NCBI GenBank assembly: GCA_963751085.1 | Contig: CAVVTH010000004.1 | Location: 81,551 to 145,550, forward strand | Source of the DNA: an uncultured Actinomycetota bacterium | GTDB taxonomy: Bacteria; Actinomycetota; Actinomycetes; Actinomycetales; Dermatophilaceae | Direction of reading: 5' to 3' | DNA: 64,000 nucleotides | Shown: positions 60,001-64,000 of the stretch, one piece after another | How the letters are laid out: the number at the start of each line of letters is the position of its first letter | How positions within the stretch are numbered: the stretch's first letter is position 1 | Notes under the pieces: generated by a model | Database searches by the model: none | Seen by the model: the letters and a program-made list of their open reading frames with translations, nothing else | What the model was told of the DNA's origin: nothing | Translations under genes and position numbers: made by a program

Positions 60001-60399
60001 ATGCTCCTCGACCGTGACAGCGCCGTCGGCCACTCGTTCGGCCTCGAGCACGACGGCGAGAACGTCATGCTCCTGGACGTCGTGGGCCTGGTGCTGTCGG
60101 TATTCGGCCTCGGGCGACCCAGCGACCTCCCGCCGCCGGTAACCGTCACGCTGGTCCGGGGGCTCACGTCGGACCGGCGGTTCGTCCAGTGGGTCCAGGA
60201 GGCACACGGTCGCGGACCCGGCCACACCGCCCGCCGGGCGACCATCGTGGTCTTCGCGCACGACGGCTCCCCGGTCGCGCGCTACCACCTGGAGAACGCG
60301 TGGCCGTCGAAGCTGGAGGTCGGCGGGCTCAAGTCCGGGGACACCAGCGTCGTGGTGGAGAAGCTGACGCTGACCTACGACCGCGTCGAGGTCGAGTGA
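60001..60399 (+). CDS. T4 gp19-like / contractile injection system tail-tube homolog (orphan)
   Basis: VGHSFGLE.DG, VTLVRGLT.D..F..W, I.V...DG..VARY.LENAWPSKL, EKLTLTYDRVEVE. Confidence 0.75.
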   Translation: MLLDRDSAVGHSFGLEHDGENVMLLDVVGLVLSVFGLGRPSDLPPPVTVTLVRGLTSDRRFVQWVQEAHGRGPGHTARRATIVVFAHDGSPVARYHLENAWPSKLEVGGLKSGDTSVVVEKLTLTYDRVEVE

Positions 60400-60481
60400 G
60401 GTCAGCGGTTCCGACTGGGTATCCCGCCGGCTCCCACGGGACAGTCACCAGCCGCCGTCGAGATGCAGCTCGTCGTGGTGC

Positions 60482-61090
60482 CTAAGCGCCGCGGTCGAAC
60501 CGGTCGGCGCGGAGCCGGTAGAGCACGTGCCGCCGCACCTGGCTCCCGGGCTTCAGCCTCGGGTGGTCGAAGTCTTCGTCGGGGTCGTGGGTCATGCCCA
60601 GCCGCTCCATGACCGCCCGGCTGCGGGTGTTGGCCACCGCGGTGAACGACACCACCTCGTCCAGCCCGAGCGGGCCGAAGGCGACGGCGAGCGCCGCGCG
60701 AGCGGCCTCCGTCGCATACCCCTTTCCCCAGGCCGACCGGGCCAGCCGCCAGCCGACCTCGGTGCAGGGCGTGAAGTGCGCCTGCCACTGCGGCCGGTTG
60801 AGACCCACCATGCCGAGGAACTGCCCTGACGCCGTCTCCTCGACCGCCCAGAGCCCGTAGCCGTCGGCCGCGAGCAGGGCCGCGTTGCGGCGGGCGAGGG
60901 CGGTGGCCTCCTCCTCGGTCAGGGTCCCCGGGAAGTACCGCATCACCTCGGGGTCGCCGTTGAGCGCCGCGAACGCCGACCCGTCGGCGTCCCGCCACTG
61001 CCGCAGCCACAGCCGGTCGGTGCGCGGCTCGACCGGCGGTATGCGCGGCCCGTCCCCGCCGTCTCCGGGCCGAGGTGCCGGCGACGCCAT
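60482..61090 (-). CDS. GNAT acetyltransferase, RimJ/RimL-like
   Basis: RL.LRQW, DPEVMRY, EVGWRL...WGKGYATEAA, N.RS.AVMERLGM. Confidence 0.9.
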   Translation of the reverse strand: MASPAPRPGDGGDGPRIPPVEPRTDRLWLRQWRDADGSAFAALNGDPEVMRYFPGTLTEEEATALARRNAALLAADGYGLWAVEETASGQFLGMVGLNRPQWQAHFTPCTEVGWRLARSAWGKGYATEAARAALAVAFGPLGLDEVVSFTAVANTRSRAVMERLGMTHDPDEDFDHPRLKPGSQVRRHVLYRLRADRFDRGA

Positions 61091-63784
61091 CTAGTGCGCG
61101 GCCTCGTGCCAGGACCGGCCGACTCCGACGCTGACGTCGAGCGGGACGTCCATCTCGGCGGCGTGGCCCATCTCGTGACGCACCAGCTTCTCGACGTCGT
61201 CCCGCTCCCCGGGCGCGATCTCGAGGACGAGCTCGTCGTGGACCTGGAGCAGCATCCGGGACTCGGCGCCGGCGTCGGCGAGCGCCCGGCCGACGCCGAG
61301 CATCGCGACCTTCATGATGTCGGCGGCCGAACCCTGGATCGGCGCGTTGAGCGCCATCCGCTCGGCCATCTCACGGCGTTGCCGGTTGTCACTGAGCAGG
61401 TCGGGCAGGTAGCGGCGGCGGCCTAGCATCGTGGCGGTGTAGCCGTTGCCGCGAGCCTCGGCGACCAGCTCGCGCAGGTAGTCGCGGACGCCGCCGAAGC
61501 GGGCGAAGTACATGTCCATCAGCCCGGCCGCCTCGCTGGTCGAGATGGTCAGCTGCTTGGACAGGCCGAACGCGCTGAGGCCGTAAGCGAGGCCGTAGGA
61601 CATCGCCTTGATCTTGCTGCGCTGGGCGGCGGTGACCTCGTCGACGCCGACGTTGAACACCTTGGACCCGACGAAGCTGTGCAGGTCCTCCCCCGACCGG
61701 AACGCCTCGATGAGGCCGGCGTCGCCCGACAGGTGGGCCATCACGCGCATCTCGATCTGGCTGTAGTCCACCGACATCAGCGACTCGAAGCCCTCGCCGA
61801 CGATGAACATCTCCCGGATCCGGCGGCCCTCCTCGGTGCGAATCGGCACGTTCTGGAGGTTGGGGTCGGTCGAGCTGAGCCGGCCGGTCGCGGCGATGGT
61901 CTGGATGTAGGTGGTGTGGACCCGCTGGTCCTCGGCGACCGACTTGAGCAGCCCTTCGACGGTGACCCGCAGGCGGGCGGCGTCGCGGAAGGCGAGGACC
62001 GAGGCGAGGAACGGGTTGTCGACCTTGCGCCCGAGCTCGTTGAGGGCGTCGGCGTCGGTCGTGTAGCCGGTCTTGGTCCGCTTGGTCTTGGGCAGGTTGA
62101 GCCGGCCGAACAGCACCTCTTGGAGCTGCTTCGGGCTGCCGAGGTTGATGTTGCGGTCGTCGATGGCCTCCCAGGCGTCCTCCTGCGCCTCGCGCACCTG
62201 CGCGTCGAAGTCGGCCTCGAGCGACTCCAGCGCCGGCACGTCGACGGCGATGCCGGCGCGCTCCATCCGGGCGAGGACGTCGACGAGCGGGAGCTCGACG
62301 TCGCGCAGCAGGCCGGTGCCGCCCGTGCGGTCGAGCTCGACGTCGAGGGCGTCGGCCAGCTCGAGGATGGCGCTGGCGACCACCATCGCCTCGCCGGCCT
62401 CAGCGTCCTGGCCCTGCCCATCCGGACCGTCGAACTCCAGCATCCCCTGCCCGCCCGGTGCCGTGTCGTTCTTCAGCTCGCGGTGCAGCATCCGCAGCGA
62501 CAGGTCGGCGAGGTCGAACACCCGCTGGTCGGGCTTCACCAGGTATGCGGCGAGCGCGGTGTCGCTGGTCAGCCCGGCGAGCTCCCAGCCGCGGGCGGCC
62601 AGGGCGTGCGACGGCCCCTTCGCGTCGTGCAGCGCCTTGGGCCGGGTCGGGTCGGCGAGCCACTCGTCGACCGCCTGCTCGGCCGTGTCGTCGAGCTCGG
62701 ACACGTCGAGGTATGCCGCCCGCCCGCTCGCGGTGGCGACGGCCAGGCCGCGGACGTCGCCGGTGCCGCGGGCCCAATGACCGACGACGTTGACGCCGGT
62801 GCGCTCACCGGCGTGGACGTGCTGCTCGAGCCAGGCCGGCACGTCCGCCGAGGACAGGACGTCGCCGTCGACGTCGAACCCGGACTCCGCCTCGGCGGTG
62901 ACCGCCTCGAGGGTCTGGAACAGGCGTTCGCGCAGGACGCGGAACTCGAGGCTGTCGAAGACCTCGTGGACCTGCTCGCGGTCCCACGTCTGGCGTTCGA
63001 GGTCCTCCACGGTAAGACCGACCGGAACGTCGCGGACCAGCTGGTTGAGCCGTCGGTTGCGCAGGACGTTGTCGAGGTGCTCACGCAGGGCAGCGCCGAC
63101 CTTGCCGCCGATCGTGTCGACGTTGGCGACGATGCCCATCAGGTCGCCGTAGGTGGTGATCCACTTGGCGGCGGTCTTCGGGCCGACACCGGGGACCCCC
63201 GGCAGGTTGTCGGACGACTCGCCGACCAGGGCCGCGAGGTCGCTGTAGCGCTCCGGCGGCACGAGGTACTTCTCCTGCACCGCCTTGGGGTCCATCCGCC
63301 AGACGTCGGAGACGCCGCGTACGGGATAGACCATCGTCACGTCGTCGTCGATGAGCTGGAAGACGTCGCGGTCGCCGGAGACGATGACGACCTCCATCCC
63401 CTCGGCCGTGGCCTGGGTGGTCAGGGTCGCGATGATGTCGTCGGCCTCGTAGCCGGGCACCTCGATGTAGCGGATCTTCAGGGCGTCGAGCACCTCGTGA
63501 AGCAGCGGAATCTGCCCCGAGAACTCCGTCGGGGTCGCGCTGCGGCCGGCCTTGTAGTCCGCATACTCCTCGAGCCGGAAAGTCTGCCTCGACAGGTCGA
63601 AGGCGACACCGATGTGGCTGGGCTCCTCGTCCCGGAGCATGTTGATGAGCATCGAGGTGAAGCCGTAGACGGCGTTGGTGTTCTGCCCCGTTTTGGTCGA
63701 GAAGTTTTCGGCCGGGAGGGCATAGAACGCGCGGTATGCCAGCGAGTGGCCGTCGAGGAGCAGGAGCCGGTTCGCAGGTGCCAC
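61091..63784 (-). CDS. polA: DNA polymerase I
   Basis: LLLDGHSLAYRAF, EADD, GVPGVGPKTA, TGRLSS.DPNLQN, DYSQIE.R, YGLAYG, NAPIQGSAAD, QVHDEL. Promoter position favours GTG 63784. Confidence 0.97.
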   Translation of the reverse strand: MAPANRLLLLDGHSLAYRAFYALPAENFSTKTGQNTNAVYGFTSMLINMLRDEEPSHIGVAFDLSRQTFRLEEYADYKAGRSATPTEFSGQIPLLHEVLDALKIRYIEVPGYEADDIIATLTTQATAEGMEVVIVSGDRDVFQLIDDDVTMVYPVRGVSDVWRMDPKAVQEKYLVPPERYSDLAALVGESSDNLPGVPGVGPKTAAKWITTYGDLMGIVANVDTIGGKVGAALREHLDNVLRNRRLNQLVRDVPVGLTVEDLERQTWDREQVHEVFDSLEFRVLRERLFQTLEAVTAEAESGFDVDGDVLSSADVPAWLEQHVHAGERTGVNVVGHWARGTGDVRGLAVATASGRAAYLDVSELDDTAEQAVDEWLADPTRPKALHDAKGPSHALAARGWELAGLTSDTALAAYLVKPDQRVFDLADLSLRMLHRELKNDTAPGGQGMLEFDGPDGQGQDAEAGEAMVVASAILELADALDVELDRTGGTGLLRDVELPLVDVLARMERAGIAVDVPALESLEADFDAQVREAQEDAWEAIDDRNINLGSPKQLQEVLFGRLNLPKTKRTKTGYTTDADALNELGRKVDNPFLASVLAFRDAARLRVTVEGLLKSVAEDQRVHTTYIQTIAATGRLSSTDPNLQNVPIRTEEGRRIREMFIVGEGFESLMSVDYSQIEMRVMAHLSGDAGLIEAFRSGEDLHSFVGSKVFNVGVDEVTAAQRSKIKAMSYGLAYGLSAFGLSKQLTISTSEAAGLMDMYFARFGGVRDYLRELVAEARGNGYTATMLGRRRYLPDLLSDNRQRREMAERMALNAPIQGSAADIMKVAMLGVGRALADAGAESRMLLQVHDELVLEIAPGERDDVEKLVRHEMGHAAEMDVPLDVSVGVGRSWHEAAH

Positions 63785-63791
63785 GGCGTTC

Positions 63792-63813
63792 ACCCTAGGC
63801 CTTGCCACCGACA
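63792..63813 (-). promoter_or_regulatory. PafBC/RecA-NDp promoter of polA
   Basis: TGTCGG-tggcaaggcc-TAGGGT, then 7 nt to GTG 63784. Confidence 0.85.
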
Positions 63814-63839
63814 CCCGAGGCGGCCGCTCGGGCCGTCGG

Positions 63840-64000
63840 TCAGGCGTCTGCGGTGTGGGTGGTCGCGCCCTGGCGGACCGCCCGGAACCGCGCGGAGCGG
63901 CGGCGCTGGATGACCTCTTCGAGACCGACCCGGCGCAGCACCGGCGTCTGCCCGGAAGCGGCCAGCTTGCGGTGCAGGGCCGCCGGAGTGGTCACCCGGC
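63840..64000 (-). CDS. 3' end of an unidentified gene (partial)
   Basis: Open frame RVTTPAALHRKLAASG...THTADA* ends at 63840. Confidence 0.35.
   Translation of the reverse strand, partial: RVTTPAALHRKLAASGQTPVLRRVGLEEVIQRRRSARFRAVRQGATTHTADA

Noticed and set aside
59151-61090. Prophage or complete CIS around the tube gene
   Set aside because: The flanks are SDR, GNAT and polA, with no integrase, sheath, baseplate or other phage genes.

Overview
High-GC actinobacterial chromosome. Gene order and content suggest Micrococcales, possibly Intrasporangiaceae (inference). The backbone is core: ctaA/ctaB, tkt-tal-pgi-zwf-opcA-pgl, rbpA-secG-tpiA-pgk-gap, whiA-yvcK-rapZ-uvrC, a liv ABC operon, uvrA, uvrB, coaE, a ugp-type ABC operon, rpsA and polA. 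Many core genes carry single-base frameshifts that look like long-read errors. The best candidate for an undescribed system is a translationally coupled operon of a processive GT2 synthase, a hairpin-less membrane-fusion protein and a GH81 lipoprotein, a candidate beta-1,3-glucan exopolysaccharide system. Other accessory inserts are a RES toxin-antitoxin pair with a palindromic operator, an AbiEi/DUF559-like nuclease gene bracketed by 38-bp direct repeats and a DnaA box, a SnoaL-TM-OmpA protein and an orphan, internally shortened contractile-injection-system tube gene. Non-coding signals are PafBC-type promoters before uvrA, uvrB, polA (degenerate at uvrC), a yybP-ykoY riboswitch, several REP-like hairpins, and a strongly iterated hexamer GCATAC/GTATGC that appears through rare synonymous codons in all six frames. 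No rRNA, tRNA, CRISPR array or transposase was seen.
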